Virus record (IMG/VR): IMGVR_UViG_3300027914_001343
Coordinates: 64,001 to 128,000 of that record
Direction: 5' to 3' (one strand)
Origin: a virus
Lineage: Duplodnaviria > Caudoviricetes
Length of the DNA stretch: 64,000 nucleotides
The position numbers were made by a program, and so were the translations under genes. The notes under the pieces are model-generated. The model made no database searches and was not told the DNA's origin. It saw only the letters and a program-made list of their open reading frames with translations. Within the stretch, counting starts at the first letter, position 1. Each line of letters starts with the position of its first letter. This document shows positions 1-9,345 of this stretch, piece by piece.

Positions 1-369
1 AATATTAGTACTAATGGCATTTTACAATTACACTTAACATTTAATGGTGCCCAAACGACTGGTTATATAGGCGATTATGGCAAGGTCAACGCAATAACTG
101 CTTCGACTACAATTAATCCCGGACAAAGGCATTGTATTACTATGTCCAGAGGGGCCGATAGTTACAGGTATTTTTCTATATCTAAAGACAAGGTTTCTTG
201 GTCCCGCTTTGGTGGTAGTCCGGTTAGCCCATCTGCTACTATACTATCTAGTGGCGGGTTTCTGTTTATTGGTAGCCTCTCGGCGGGTGCCGCCGGTAAG
301 CTTTATTCTATCCGGATTTTTGGTGGCGACCTTGGTGGCGACACAACCACATTGAACATGTTTAGGTAA
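1..369 (+). CDS. 3' part of a low-GC LamG/ConA-like (tail fibre/receptor-binding type) protein, truncated by the window edge
   Basis: Frame 1 is open from base 1 to TAA at 367-369. The C-terminus FLFIG...GKLYSIRI resembles ORF 38300-38983 (YLFIG...GKLYSVRL) and the last strands of LamG-like domains. Confidence 0.55.
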   Translation, partial: NISTNGILQLHLTFNGAQTTGYIGDYGKVNAITASTTINPGQRHCITMSRGADSYRYFSISKDKVSWSRFGGSPVSPSATILSSGGFLFIGSLSAGAAGKLYSIRIFGGDLGGDTTTLNMFR

Positions 370-400
370 AAAAAAAAACACACATTACTATTAGCCTATT

Positions 401-436
401 CCCAGGGGGAGCCGAGGCTCCCCCTGGGTTTATGCC
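401..436. terminator. Bidirectional GC-rich hairpin between convergent genes
   Basis: CCCAGGGGGAGC-CGAG-GCTCCCCCTGGG followed by TTTATGCC. Confidence 0.85.
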
Positions 437-439
437 GTC

Positions 440-1735
440 TTACATGTTGTAACCGCCACTACCGCCACCACCGCGACCGAAGTTACCACCACCGCGACCG
501 AAGTTACCACCACCACCTCCATTACGGATCTGGCGACGTACTTCTGTAGCGGCCATATAGGACTGCGGTTCACGACGACCGAAGTTACGGTTGTCAACTG
601 GCAGACCACCAAAACTGCGCTCGTTGGCCCAAGCGCGGTTATTGCTCAAACGCTCCCGTATTTCAGGCTGACGAAGGAAGTCACTGTAGTTCTTCCGACC
701 ATTGGAAGCAACAGTAGCTGCAACAGCACTTGTTGTTTCTGCTGCCTGGGCTGGCGCAGGATCACCAAGCGTGCGAAGCGGCGGAGCGACACGTTCAACT
801 GCACGGCCGACAGCTGCGTTTTCTTGCACTCGTTGTTCTGCTTCTTCCACCTTCGAACGGCTTGCTTCGTTACCACTCAACATCGGCATGCTGCGCAGCT
901 CTTTATCGAGCTCGCCGATATTTTCCAGGGTTTCGATCCAATCCATGTTAACTGCATATTCCTTGGTAAAGACACCATTGAACAGAGTAACAAGGTTTGC
1001 CAGCGGGCTGAGCACGTTGGCAAATGTCCAGAGCAGACATTCGGTACGCGGTGCTTTCCGGCTCATGGTCGGATAGGAATAACGATTCTGTTCGCCAATA
1101 CCAGGAATCATGTATTCCATCAGAGACATGATGGCAGTACGATCTTTCACACGAAGCTTAACGCCCCAGATTTCCTTGTCGGATTCTTTGAGTTCTTCAT
1201 ACAACGGGAAGGACACAATACCGACGCAGTCGTAGGTCTTGCCTTCGAGCACACCACCCTTGCGGATAAACATGTCGACGAAGCTCTTCGAGATGCGATT
1301 GGTTGGGGTCTTCTTGATGATGTTCTGCAAAGCCACCACAGTCTTTTCATCAATGTCCTTCACCACAGTCAAGAATTCAGACTGTGATGGATTCAGCTGG
1401 CTATGCTGAGCCGGAGAAGAACCAATAACCAGAAGCTCTTGCAGGATGTCTGCGAACAAGATGTTCAGATGCGAGGTCACACACAGACGGAAACGAGCAA
1501 GTACTTCCGATTCACCACCAACCAAAGATTCCTTGAGCGGATGGAAAGCCACACGCTGAGACCAGTCAGCAATACGCAATTGGTTCTCGTACGGCAAAAC
1601 CACGCGCTTGCTTTTGATCGTAAGCGGAATTTTCTCATCACCAGTGTCGATATCCAGACACTTGTCTTCGGTGATGCTTACTCCGGCAGCTTTCAGAACT
1701 GCTTCGTAAAAACTCAAAACATCCATAATTGCCAT
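440..1735 (-). CDS. Conserved chimallivirus core protein (phiKZ gp70-like) with NFGRGG/Gly-rich C-tail
   Basis: 431-aa ORF with AAACAAGGA RBS, directly downstream of the PicA-like gene as in phiKZ. Confidence 0.7.
   Translation of the reverse strand: MAIMDVLSFYEAVLKAAGVSITEDKCLDIDTGDEKIPLTIKSKRVVLPYENQLRIADWSQRVAFHPLKESLVGGESEVLARFRLCVTSHLNILFADILQELLVIGSSPAQHSQLNPSQSEFLTVVKDIDEKTVVALQNIIKKTPTNRISKSFVDMFIRKGGVLEGKTYDCVGIVSFPLYEELKESDKEIWGVKLRVKDRTAIMSLMEYMIPGIGEQNRYSYPTMSRKAPRTECLLWTFANVLSPLANLVTLFNGVFTKEYAVNMDWIETLENIGELDKELRSMPMLSGNEASRSKVEEAEQRVQENAAVGRAVERVAPPLRTLGDPAPAQAAETTSAVAATVASNGRKNYSDFLRQPEIRERLSNNRAWANERSFGGLPVDNRNFGRREPQSYMAATEVRRQIRNGGGGGNFGRGGGNFGRGGGGSGGYNM
465..514. repeat. 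21-bp tandem repeat (about 2.4 copies) encoding NFGRGGG
   Basis: CCACCACCGCGACCGAAGTTA at 465-485 and 486-506, partial copy at 507-514. Confidence 0.9.
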
Positions 1736-1750
1736 TGTTTAAATCCTTGT

Positions 1751-3184
1751 TTAGAATTGATACTTCAATTCACCAGTTTCAGCGAACTGAGAGTTCGTGG
1801 TAAGAAGTTCATCAATAACGGCACCAAAAGAATCCGCCAGCTGCAGCGACAGGGAATCGTGTTCAGTAATAACCGGAGCGAACAACGCATCGCAAAACGT
1901 TGGCAACACGTAAGGCACTTGTTCGCTTCCTTCAATAGAAACCATGATTCTGGTATCGCCAAGCACATCAACAGACAAAGTCACAAAGTAATCAACTTCG
2001 TCGTTGTAGAACAAGTCACGCAAAACTTCCGTAGCAAAACGAATACGGAAAGTCTCAAGGTTCTCGGTCATGTCAATGTTACTGAAGGATTTGAAATCAC
2101 CAAGACGAACCTGACTCATACCCGTGCTATTGAGATTGGAAGCATCGAAATTCAGCTTTGTAATCCCAACATCCATCATGATTGCAGCCGCTGTCTGCGC
2201 CAGCACAGTTGCTACTTGAGTGTGGCGATCAGCAACGTGCCAGTACTCAGTAGTCCCGCTTTCATGGAAATTACTTGCGGCCCGTGTTGCGCCGCTCATA
2301 ATACCTGAGCTATAAACACCTGGGCTCATCGCGTGCGGATCAAGCTGGAGCAGCTCATGGATAGTAAAGTAATTCGTCGGAGTCGGGTCACCCCGCAAGT
2401 TCATCAAAGCAGACATGAACGGATCTTGGCTGACGAGAGGATCTCGCATCATTTTCCTGGCTTCGGAAAGAACGTCATTACGCCCTTGGCCAAAATCTTG
2501 GGTAGCTTGAGCGGAACGATAACCTTCAAACACTTGCGCAGCATAACCACTAGCCACACTGTTTTGACGGCGGGACTTCATCGGAGTATTCCGAATAACG
2601 TTCCGCATATCCAACATACCGCCAGGAAGTTCGCCGAGTTCTTGTCGCGTCATCACGCTGTAAATATCTTGCGGTCGAATAGCGAACTCATTGGAACCGG
2701 AATTGATGCCACTCCAGTTGTTGTTAGCCAGGACATGGCTGTTGTCTCGCACAGTCAAATAACGCTGGCGACCAAGCGGAGTTTCGGCAATAGTCTCACG
2801 CGACTGGATGGTGGAGTTGATGTAAAATTCCATCCGTGGGTCGAGTGTACCATTCATGCTGACGCCGAAGTGATCACTATAACCAAGGATCGTCTGAACA
2901 CGCGTGCTGAAATCAGAGACATCCTGAAGCTCGAGCATGAAGCGCAAACGACGTTCGCCCCAACCGCCGATGATACCGATTTCAGATTCCGGTTGTGCAC
3001 TCGGGCAAACAAGGCGATTAGCAACTCCAGCCAATGTATTGGCAGTAATCTGACCAGTACGATCAATAACTTCTGCCAGCGCATTCATCCCGTCATGATC
3101 GAGAATCGATTGGTAGGGGCGACGATACTGCTTGTTATACGTGCCAGTTTCGATCACGACGAATTTAGTTACGCGAATTGTCAT
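1751..3184 (-). CDS. picA: Phage-nucleus protein importer PicA/Imp1 (phiKZ gp69-like)
   Basis: N-terminus ETGTYNKQYRRPY and the GGWGERRLRFMLE motif; follows the sigma-like subunit; ATG 3184 has GGAGG RBS. Confidence 0.75.
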   Translation of the reverse strand: MTIRVTKFVVIETGTYNKQYRRPYQSILDHDGMNALAEVIDRTGQITANTLAGVANRLVCPSAQPESEIGIIGGWGERRLRFMLELQDVSDFSTRVQTILGYSDHFGVSMNGTLDPRMEFYINSTIQSRETIAETPLGRQRYLTVRDNSHVLANNNWSGINSGSNEFAIRPQDIYSVMTRQELGELPGGMLDMRNVIRNTPMKSRRQNSVASGYAAQVFEGYRSAQATQDFGQGRNDVLSEARKMMRDPLVSQDPFMSALMNLRGDPTPTNYFTIHELLQLDPHAMSPGVYSSGIMSGATRAASNFHESGTTEYWHVADRHTQVATVLAQTAAAIMMDVGITKLNFDASNLNSTGMSQVRLGDFKSFSNIDMTENLETFRIRFATEVLRDLFYNDEVDYFVTLSVDVLGDTRIMVSIEGSEQVPYVLPTFCDALFAPVITEHDSLSLQLADSFGAVIDELLTTNSQFAETGELKYQF

Positions 3185-4736
3185 TGCTATATTTCCTCCG
3201 TTCTGCAATTTCAATTACCAGCTCAGCCAGCTTGATTTTAATGTCCTGCGGTACAGCAAAACGCATGCTCTGGACACCTGCTTCATTGGGATTCACTTCA
3301 TTAATCCACGCACGAGGAAGTGTAAGACGCCAGTCATGATGACTCACCAGCGTCTCCATTTCTTCGATAGCTTGCACAGCGTGGTTCTTTTGTTTAAGCC
3401 TTTCGGCCTTTCTTGACTTCCGAATGAATGGATAAAGAAGATCGAGCTTCTCTACCATTTCACGAGGAATTCGTGCGCGTGTTTCCACACCAAACATTGC
3501 TAGCTCTTCACTGCTTTGTATTGTTTTAGCGGTTGCCACAGCAGCTAGTTCGGGGAAACCCCAATGCCACAGAACAGCCTGCGTAATACCAAGCATAGTC
3601 AAGACACAGCTCTTGCTGATGTAGTAGATGCCGCGCGGCGGAATTACATCTGCGGTAACCCACTGTGCAAGCGTTAGCTGAACATCCTGAATTTCTTCAG
3701 TAGCTAGAGCTTGAACAGATGCAAGGCTTTCACGAACCAAGCTTTCAGGAATGTCAGGCGCAATCCGCTTTGCGGCTTCCATACTGTAGTTCTTGACGTA
3801 GTGTTCGATTACCGAGATATCACCTTCCGGGATTTCTTGGCGGGCTTTATAACCTTCCAACTTCGAAAGATTGTTTTCACCCTCGCCACCATCCGGAACA
3901 ATCTTGGGACTCACTGTCCCCATGAATTGCCCGTCGGTTCCTTTGATTTTCTGGACTACGTACCGGTACGCCGATGTAACCAAATGAGGTTCGTTCGGAT
4001 TACCACTTACGTCACCTGGGCCAATACGTCGAACAATCACCAGCGCCAGCACCCATGTAGGATAGTTCTCGGAAGAAATCCCACCGAGGATAGCGGACGT
4101 GTTGGCTTTCTCGCGCCCAAGAAGGCCCTCGATATAAATACGAAGACGCTCGAGTGGCTGACTGTAATCGCCTGTTTGGAAACCTTCGTAAAGATTTGTC
4201 TGAACAAGCAGTTGGAAAGCGTAATATTCTTTCCAGACCGTACCTGTTTCTCGATGGGTCTGCGCGATAAACTCACCCCAGACTGGGAGTACCGGACGCA
4301 GCAAAACAGCCAGTGTCACCAGACGTCGATAATCTTCTCGCACGTAAGTACGATCGCGTGTCCCTACCAAAACTTCTTCTGAGCTAAACTCATTAATGAA
4401 ACCTTCCGGAATAAGAACATTGCAACGCAAGAAGACATGATCGAAGACATCTTCGAAAGGATGCAGTTCATAAAGCCGCTTGAGGATTGGCCTGATAGTC
4501 TGCATGAGCACAACTTGATCAGATACTGCGCTTTCAAACACTTCCTTGATTTCGCAATAGATGTCAAAAATTTCTTTCTGTTTTGTTTCGGGGAGACTGG
4601 CCCAAAAGCTATTGATCTCATTAAACATGTTTGCCTCGGCGGTTCTTGCTTTTTCGAGGAAACGCATGGACCAGGTAATTTCAGCTTTCCCGTGCCGAAC
4701 TACACAAGTACCACTATCCTTGTTTTCTAAGAGCAT
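3165..4736 (-). CDS. Non-virion RNA polymerase sigma-like subunit (phiKZ gp68-like)
   Basis: 523 aa; motifs FNEINSFW, RTYVREDY, PVWGEFI; lies between the ChmC-like and PicA-like genes. Confidence 0.75.
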   Translation of the reverse strand: MLLENKDSGTCVVRHGKAEITWSMRFLEKARTAEANMFNEINSFWASLPETKQKEIFDIYCEIKEVFESAVSDQVVLMQTIRPILKRLYELHPFEDVFDHVFLRCNVLIPEGFINEFSSEEVLVGTRDRTYVREDYRRLVTLAVLLRPVLPVWGEFIAQTHRETGTVWKEYYAFQLLVQTNLYEGFQTGDYSQPLERLRIYIEGLLGREKANTSAILGGISSENYPTWVLALVIVRRIGPGDVSGNPNEPHLVTSAYRYVVQKIKGTDGQFMGTVSPKIVPDGGEGENNLSKLEGYKARQEIPEGDISVIEHYVKNYSMEAAKRIAPDIPESLVRESLASVQALATEEIQDVQLTLAQWVTADVIPPRGIYYISKSCVLTMLGITQAVLWHWGFPELAAVATAKTIQSSEELAMFGVETRARIPREMVEKLDLLYPFIRKSRKAERLKQKNHAVQAIEEMETLVSHHDWRLTLPRAWINEVNPNEAGVQSMRFAVPQDIKIKLAELVIEIAERRKYSNDNSRN

Positions 4737-4823
4737 GCAAAACTCCTTGTTTAAAGTTTATTACTACTACTAGACACATTTGTAATATGTAACTATTTTT
4801 ATCTTGAATAGCTTAGGGCAAAA

Positions 4824-4853
4824 AGTCTAGGGTACAAGGAAGTACCCTAGACT
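4824..4853 (-). terminator. Intrinsic terminator after the chmC-like gene
   Basis: AGTCTAGGGTAC/GTACCCTAGACT inverted repeat with U-tract on the minus strand. Confidence 0.8.
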
Positions 4854-4866
4854 AGTTAGTTAGAAA

Positions 4867-5601
4867 TTAATACGGAAGATCCTCTTCAAAATTGTCAAAG
4901 CCGCCGCCAGCAGGTTTGGTGGATTCACCGCCGCGATTACCGCCGCCCTGATAACCACCGCCGCGGTTGCCACCATTACCACCGCCATTGCGGTTGTTGA
5001 ATTCGCGCGGTTCCGGTTCCTTGTATTCAGTAATCAGCAGATGCGGAATCATTGCCTGAATGAGCTTCACCCAAGCGCGAGCGAACATGACAGATACTTC
5101 GCCTTCAGACAACTGTTCGCCAGTGCCGTGATAGAAGACATGGAATTCGTCGGTTCCGAAACAGAACTTGATTGCGGTGCGCTTGTACTTGGTGACAGTA
5201 ATCCAGACACGACCCTTCGCGTCTTTGCCGACCAGGATTTCGGTATCGTTGACGAGACCTTCCGGCTTACCACCGCCCGGCTTGAAGTTCGGACGCTTGT
5301 TTTCGATCTTGAATTTGATTTCCGGCTTTTCTTCTGTCGGACGGAACGCACACGCCTGCTCGATCATGTTGGTAATGGCAATGGCCACACTCGCGTTGAT
5401 GCGGGCACTGATAGCACCCTGGTCGCGTTCAGCTTCAATGCCGTTGTAGACAACAATGCGCGGGTTGTTGTCGTAGATATTGATCATCAGAGAGGCATTC
5501 TTGCCTTCGCTGTTCTTGGTGTAGAGCTTGAGCTTCTGATCGTCCAGAGCATTTTTCTTGCGTTGCGGACGATTGCTGTTATTACCATTAAAGCCAGCCA
5601 T
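4867..5601 (-). CDS. chmC: ChmC-like phage-nucleus nucleic-acid-binding protein (phiKZ gp67-like)
   Basis: NNPRIVV and VGKDAKGRVWI motifs; N/G/R-rich tail (NRGGGYQGGGNRGG) ending in acidic FEEDLPY; immediately upstream of the gp68-like gene; ATG 5601 with GAGG. Confidence 0.7.
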   Translation of the reverse strand: MAGFNGNNSNRPQRKKNALDDQKLKLYTKNSEGKNASLMINIYDNNPRIVVYNGIEAERDQGAISARINASVAIAITNMIEQACAFRPTEEKPEIKFKIENKRPNFKPGGGKPEGLVNDTEILVGKDAKGRVWITVTKYKRTAIKFCFGTDEFHVFYHGTGEQLSEGEVSVMFARAWVKLIQAMIPHLLITEYKEPEPREFNNRNGGGNGGNRGGGYQGGGNRGGESTKPAGGGFDNFEEDLPY

Positions 5602-5652
5602 GATTAATTTCCTCGTGAAGTCGTACAACAAATGTACGGGATGTGTAAAAAT

Positions 5653-6504
5653 TTAAACCAGGATCTCTTTAAGAATATCTCTGGCGTAAGGGTTCTTTAT
5701 CTGCTCGATCGAGAAGACAATTTTGTCGCGAGTAGTGACTGGCGTCCACCTGTATTTGGTGGCGACGTCTATCAAGTCTTTTCTCAACTTAATATCCATC
5801 GGTCTGAAAGTCTCAGAGTCACCAAAAACCTGTAAAAAATCTTCTCTGAATGGAATCATTGAAAGTTCTTTACCGCCAGTGTACTTCGTGTACCATTGGG
5901 CGTATTTCTTTACTGCACCCGTATGGGATTCAAGCAATACCAAATCTTCAAACTCACGGCGCGAACACAGATCAAACGCGTAATGCGTGAGAATCATTGC
6001 TTTCATGTTCTTGTCGCTGTTTTCAAGTTTAAGCCTGAAAAACTTCAATTCGTAAGGTGCGCGTTCTTTGTCGTACCACTTTTGAATAAAACCGATCGTC
6101 TGAGTCTGAATAGCCGTGTATTCTTTTTGCTTAGGTGTGTTATCCATCCTAGGCACTGCTTTACGATACCTTACTTCAAGACTAGCGTAATCGCTTACGT
6201 AAAACACTACCTTGGTAAGACTTCCGCTATGCTCCTTAACAATAGCGGCAATCTGGTCCATCTCCTCGAGGATTGCTTTCGCTAATTCCTCAGCCACCAC
6301 ACTGCCTTGGTCATCCTTAGACAATGACCCCATCATGTTTCTAAACAGAGTCCTGACATTCACCCAGAACAACCGGATTTGTTTAATGGGTATTTCTTTG
6401 TGTTGTACTTCAGGATGAATACCTGTAGCAGATTCCAATGCCAAACTTGTTGCGACCGAGAGAGGGTACTGACCCATCTCTCGTTCATTGAGTGCATTGA
6501 ACAT
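5653..6504 (-). CDS. Conserved core protein (phiKZ gp66-like)
   Basis: 283 aa; REMGQYPLSVATSLALES, WVNVRTLFRN and LLESHTG motifs; synteny. Confidence 0.7.
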   Translation of the reverse strand: MFNALNEREMGQYPLSVATSLALESATGIHPEVQHKEIPIKQIRLFWVNVRTLFRNMMGSLSKDDQGSVVAEELAKAILEEMDQIAAIVKEHSGSLTKVVFYVSDYASLEVRYRKAVPRMDNTPKQKEYTAIQTQTIGFIQKWYDKERAPYELKFFRLKLENSDKNMKAMILTHYAFDLCSRREFEDLVLLESHTGAVKKYAQWYTKYTGGKELSMIPFREDFLQVFGDSETFRPMDIKLRKDLIDVATKYRWTPVTTRDKIVFSIEQIKNPYARDILKEILV

Positions 6505-7637
6505 TATTTCACCTCATCGAGAATTCTAGTAGCTCCCTCCAGAATCTCTTGAGAAGAGCCGTTATTCAACAACCTATCCATTAACAACTGCACGATGTTG
6601 TCTTTGGTGATGGTAATAGGGACAAACACGGCTTCTGTGATTGCTTCTGATTCTTCCTCCTGAACACTAAGGTCTCGAGCGATCTTCGACCAGTTATAAA
6701 GCGGGAACTTTCTGATAAGAATTTCCATGCTGTTCAGGATAGGATTAGTTGTCTCTGCCTCAATTCTGACATGACTTCCGTCCTCAAGACCAGAAACAAT
6801 CATTTCTACTTTGTTCAAGGTATCTTCGAGACTAAGACCAAGGCAACACACCGTAATGAATTTCATAGCCCTCTTGTTTTCGACAAACTTAATATCGTGT
6901 TCGCCGTTCTCGTGCGCCGTCACACGAACATGACCTTTAGCTTCTTCTTCATTGTGAGCTAAGCGATCGAATGAACCACATGGAAGAATACGTTTATAAA
7001 ACCTTGATGTGTGTACGTGTCCAATGAAGATCAGACCAGACACTAAGTCCAGATAAGCTTCTGAATCGTGCTTCTGGGCTTTTACGTGTTCCGGCAATTG
7101 GAAATCAAATTGTCCATGCATTAATGCATAGTCAACACGGTCAATACCTTTAGCGCGAAAGAGCTCTCTTATTTGGGAAAGGGTCTTCTCTGTCGTCGTT
7201 TCCCACTCATCGGGTACATAGAGGACTCGGATACCGAGTTCCTCTATGTACTCGACGCTTAGGTCTCTTACGTACTTTATATTGGCCCCAATTTGAGCTA
7301 ATTCGTTGATTGTAAGAAACACCTGAGGTTGATCCCAGTCATGACTAGGAGTACCCTTAAGTATTCTAACAATGATATTGTGTTTCTTACAAAGGCGCAG
7401 GAAATTAGACACCCACAAAAAGATATCAGTTTCATCTGTGCCTGTGAACGCCAAAAGGTCATCGAAGAAATCTCCGACAATCCAAATAGCGTCCAATGAA
7501 GCAGTTTCAGCGTTATCAGGAAATTCTCTACTGAGATTTTCAAGGATACGCCATGTAGGATTCTTAGGGTGGCCCAAATGGACATCACCCACAGAAGCCA
7601 TTTTCAATTTAGAGCGGGTCGTAAATGAGCTCATCAC
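6504..7637 (-). CDS. SbcD/Mre11-like metallophosphoesterase nuclease (phiKZ gp65-like)
   Basis: Calcineurin-like motifs GDVHLG, VGDFFD, GTPSHD, MHGQF, GHVH and GSFDRL. Confidence 0.88.
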   Translation of the reverse strand: MMSSFTTRSKLKMASVGDVHLGHPKNPTWRILENLSREFPDNAETASLDAIWIVGDFFDDLLAFTGTDETDIFLWVSNFLRLCKKHNIIVRILKGTPSHDWDQPQVFLTINELAQIGANIKYVRDLSVEYIEELGIRVLYVPDEWETTTEKTLSQIRELFRAKGIDRVDYALMHGQFDFQLPEHVKAQKHDSEAYLDLVSGLIFIGHVHTSRFYKRILPCGSFDRLAHNEEEAKGHVRVTAHENGEHDIKFVENKRAMKFITVCCLGLSLEDTLNKVEMIVSGLEDGSHVRIEAETTNPILNSMEILIRKFPLYNWSKIARDLSVQEEESEAITEAVFVPITITKDNIVQLLMDRLLNNGSSQEILEGATRILDEVK

Positions 7638-8169
7638 CAGGTCCTTGTTCGGATTTCTGGATTACTTTATCGGTAGGGGTTTTTTGGTCGAGAAAACCTT
7701 CTTTACCGTACCGTACCAAGATTGCGTTCCAACGTTCTGATGTGTCGGTCGATTTAGCACCGGCATTTTCCATCAGCATCGAACGCTCATTTAATTGGCC
7801 TACCAGATAATTTTGTCCTGCGATAGGACTCATCCTAGTATATTGCTCAGCAGTCTGCACAATATGGGAAATTGGAAGACCGTTTTCACCTGCGACATTG
7901 ACGGCATTACGATCCAAGAATCCAGGGACTGTGAAAATAACATTCCCTTTTTCATCTACAACGTCCACTTCGCGGTTCCAGCCACGCGCAAAGCCGATCC
8001 AAGTATCCATTGTCGCTTTATACTGAGACACCTCGCCCACAAACAACGGCAGGAAGACATTTACAAAAACTACTTCAGGTAGTCGAGGACGGTCGCTCTC
8101 GCTAATGTCATTCAGGAGTGCAGCAATCTCAGTGATCTCGCCACCAAAACTAGGGACAAACTCTTCCAT
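7609..8169 (-). CDS. Conserved hypothetical protein (phiKZ gp62-like)
   Basis: 186 aa; PEVVFVNVFLPLF, EVDVVDEKGNVIFTVP and WNAILVRYG; AAGGA RBS. Confidence 0.65.
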   Translation of the reverse strand: MEEFVPSFGGEITEIAALLNDISESDRPRLPEVVFVNVFLPLFVGEVSQYKATMDTWIGFARGWNREVDVVDEKGNVIFTVPGFLDRNAVNVAGENGLPISHIVQTAEQYTRMSPIAGQNYLVGQLNERSMLMENAGAKSTDTSERWNAILVRYGKEGFLDQKTPTDKVIQKSEQGPGDELIYDPL

Positions 8170-8182
8170 TGTTTTCTTCCTT

Positions 8183-8617
8183 TTAATAAGTGCCGTCGTT
8201 GTTTGCAGCTACTACCCTAGCAAACCGACCATTCATTTCTCGTAAGATTTGACCAACAGAATAATCTTTTCCTGCATCCGTAACCTGGATGTGAATCCGT
8301 AGCTCCATTCTGTTAGAACCGAACTCAACTTCATTAGTAGTCACAGTAACGCGGCTACTATCAAAATATCTGTTGAAGTATCCAGTAAGACTTTCACTAG
8401 CTTTACTGGCTAACTTACCCATGTCGTGACCTGCCTCAGCTATGATAGCCTGCATACTTGTTACTGTGCCGGCAAAGATGTAGCTTTGGCGTGGATCAGT
8501 CTCAAAAAAATAAGCCATCAGGAAGTCGACTTTCTCAGCAGTTCCCTTAACCCAACCATTTGTGGTTAGAGTAGGAACCACTTTAATTGCATCGTCATTA
8601 GGCATGCTGTTCACCAT
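8183..8617 (-). CDS. Conserved hypothetical protein (phiKZ gp61-like)
   Basis: 144 aa; VPTLTTNGWV motif; synteny. Confidence 0.6.
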   Translation of the reverse strand: MVNSMPNDDAIKVVPTLTTNGWVKGTAEKVDFLMAYFFETDPRQSYIFAGTVTSMQAIIAEAGHDMGKLASKASESLTGYFNRYFDSSRVTVTTNEVEFGSNRMELRIHIQVTDAGKDYSVGQILREMNGRFARVVAANNDGTY

Positions 8618-8646
8618 ACATATCAGTTATACACAGCATTAAGGGC

Positions 8647-8685
8647 AAAAAAAAAAAAGAGGACCGGTTTCCCGGCCCCCTCTTT
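8647..8685 (-). terminator. Intrinsic terminator
   Basis: GC hairpin followed by T12 on the minus strand. Confidence 0.75.
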
Positions 8686-8688
8686 GCC

Positions 8689-9321
8689 TTACAGCTGATT
8701 GCCGAACTCGGAACCAGGATCTTCCCCGCCGTGTGCGACAAACGCTCTAAGGTTTCTCCAACTTGTTTGAATATCAACCTGCTCACTCAGTTCGAGTTCA
8801 CGATCGCCTTCAATCAGTTCTTCAAAGTATTCAGTAACGAAGTATTGTTCTTCTTCCTCACCTTCTACCTTTTCTGGAACAAACAGCCCATTCATAGCGC
8901 GACGATAATCGTAATGGTCTTCACCAATGCGACCAGGATGTCTGTCAATGTAAGTACGACTGAATCCTTCGCAACGCTGCTGATGATAGAGTTTCCGATA
9001 ATCTGGTTCCGCCATCAACCATCGCTGCATCTCGAGACCGGCTGTCTGAAAGTCACTGATCGAAGTAAGTTCTCGAATATCATCAGCTTTGAAGAGACTA
9101 CCAACATTCCGAAGGATGGCTCTTGCTTTCCGGAATGATTCTCCGCTACTGAAGAATTCAAAAACACGTTCGGTCTCTTGGGAGAACCGTCTTCCTACGT
9201 CAGTCAACAACCCTGTAACGTGGTTAAACTGATTCTCCATATACCGCATGGTATTCGGATGAACTGATTGTGCTCCGTACAACAATGCATCAAAACCATC
9301 ATTGTCAAGTTCAGCAATCAT
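8689..9321 (-). CDS. Conserved core protein (phiKZ gp59/Imp3-like)
   Basis: 210 aa; FDALLYG, MQRWLMAEP and GEDHYDYRRAMNG motifs; follows nvRNAP beta'. Confidence 0.65.
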   Translation of the reverse strand: MIAELDNDGFDALLYGAQSVHPNTMRYMENQFNHVTGLLTDVGRRFSQETERVFEFFSSGESFRKARAILRNVGSLFKADDIRELTSISDFQTAGLEMQRWLMAEPDYRKLYHQQRCEGFSRTYIDRHPGRIGEDHYDYRRAMNGLFVPEKVEGEEEEQYFVTEYFEELIEGDRELELSEQVDIQTSWRNLRAFVAHGGEDPGSEFGNQL

Positions 9322-9345
9322 CTTTGCTCCTTGTTTAATGCCTTG

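Noticed and set aside
465-514. Short direct repeats here and at 58446-58535 as a possible CRISPR array
   Set aside because: They are in-frame coding tandem repeats without spacers.
8647-8658. A11-A12 homopolymers (also near 368, 16463, 39668 and 62487) as phase-variation tracts
   Set aside because: Intergenic and adjacent to hairpins, so best explained as terminator U-tracts.
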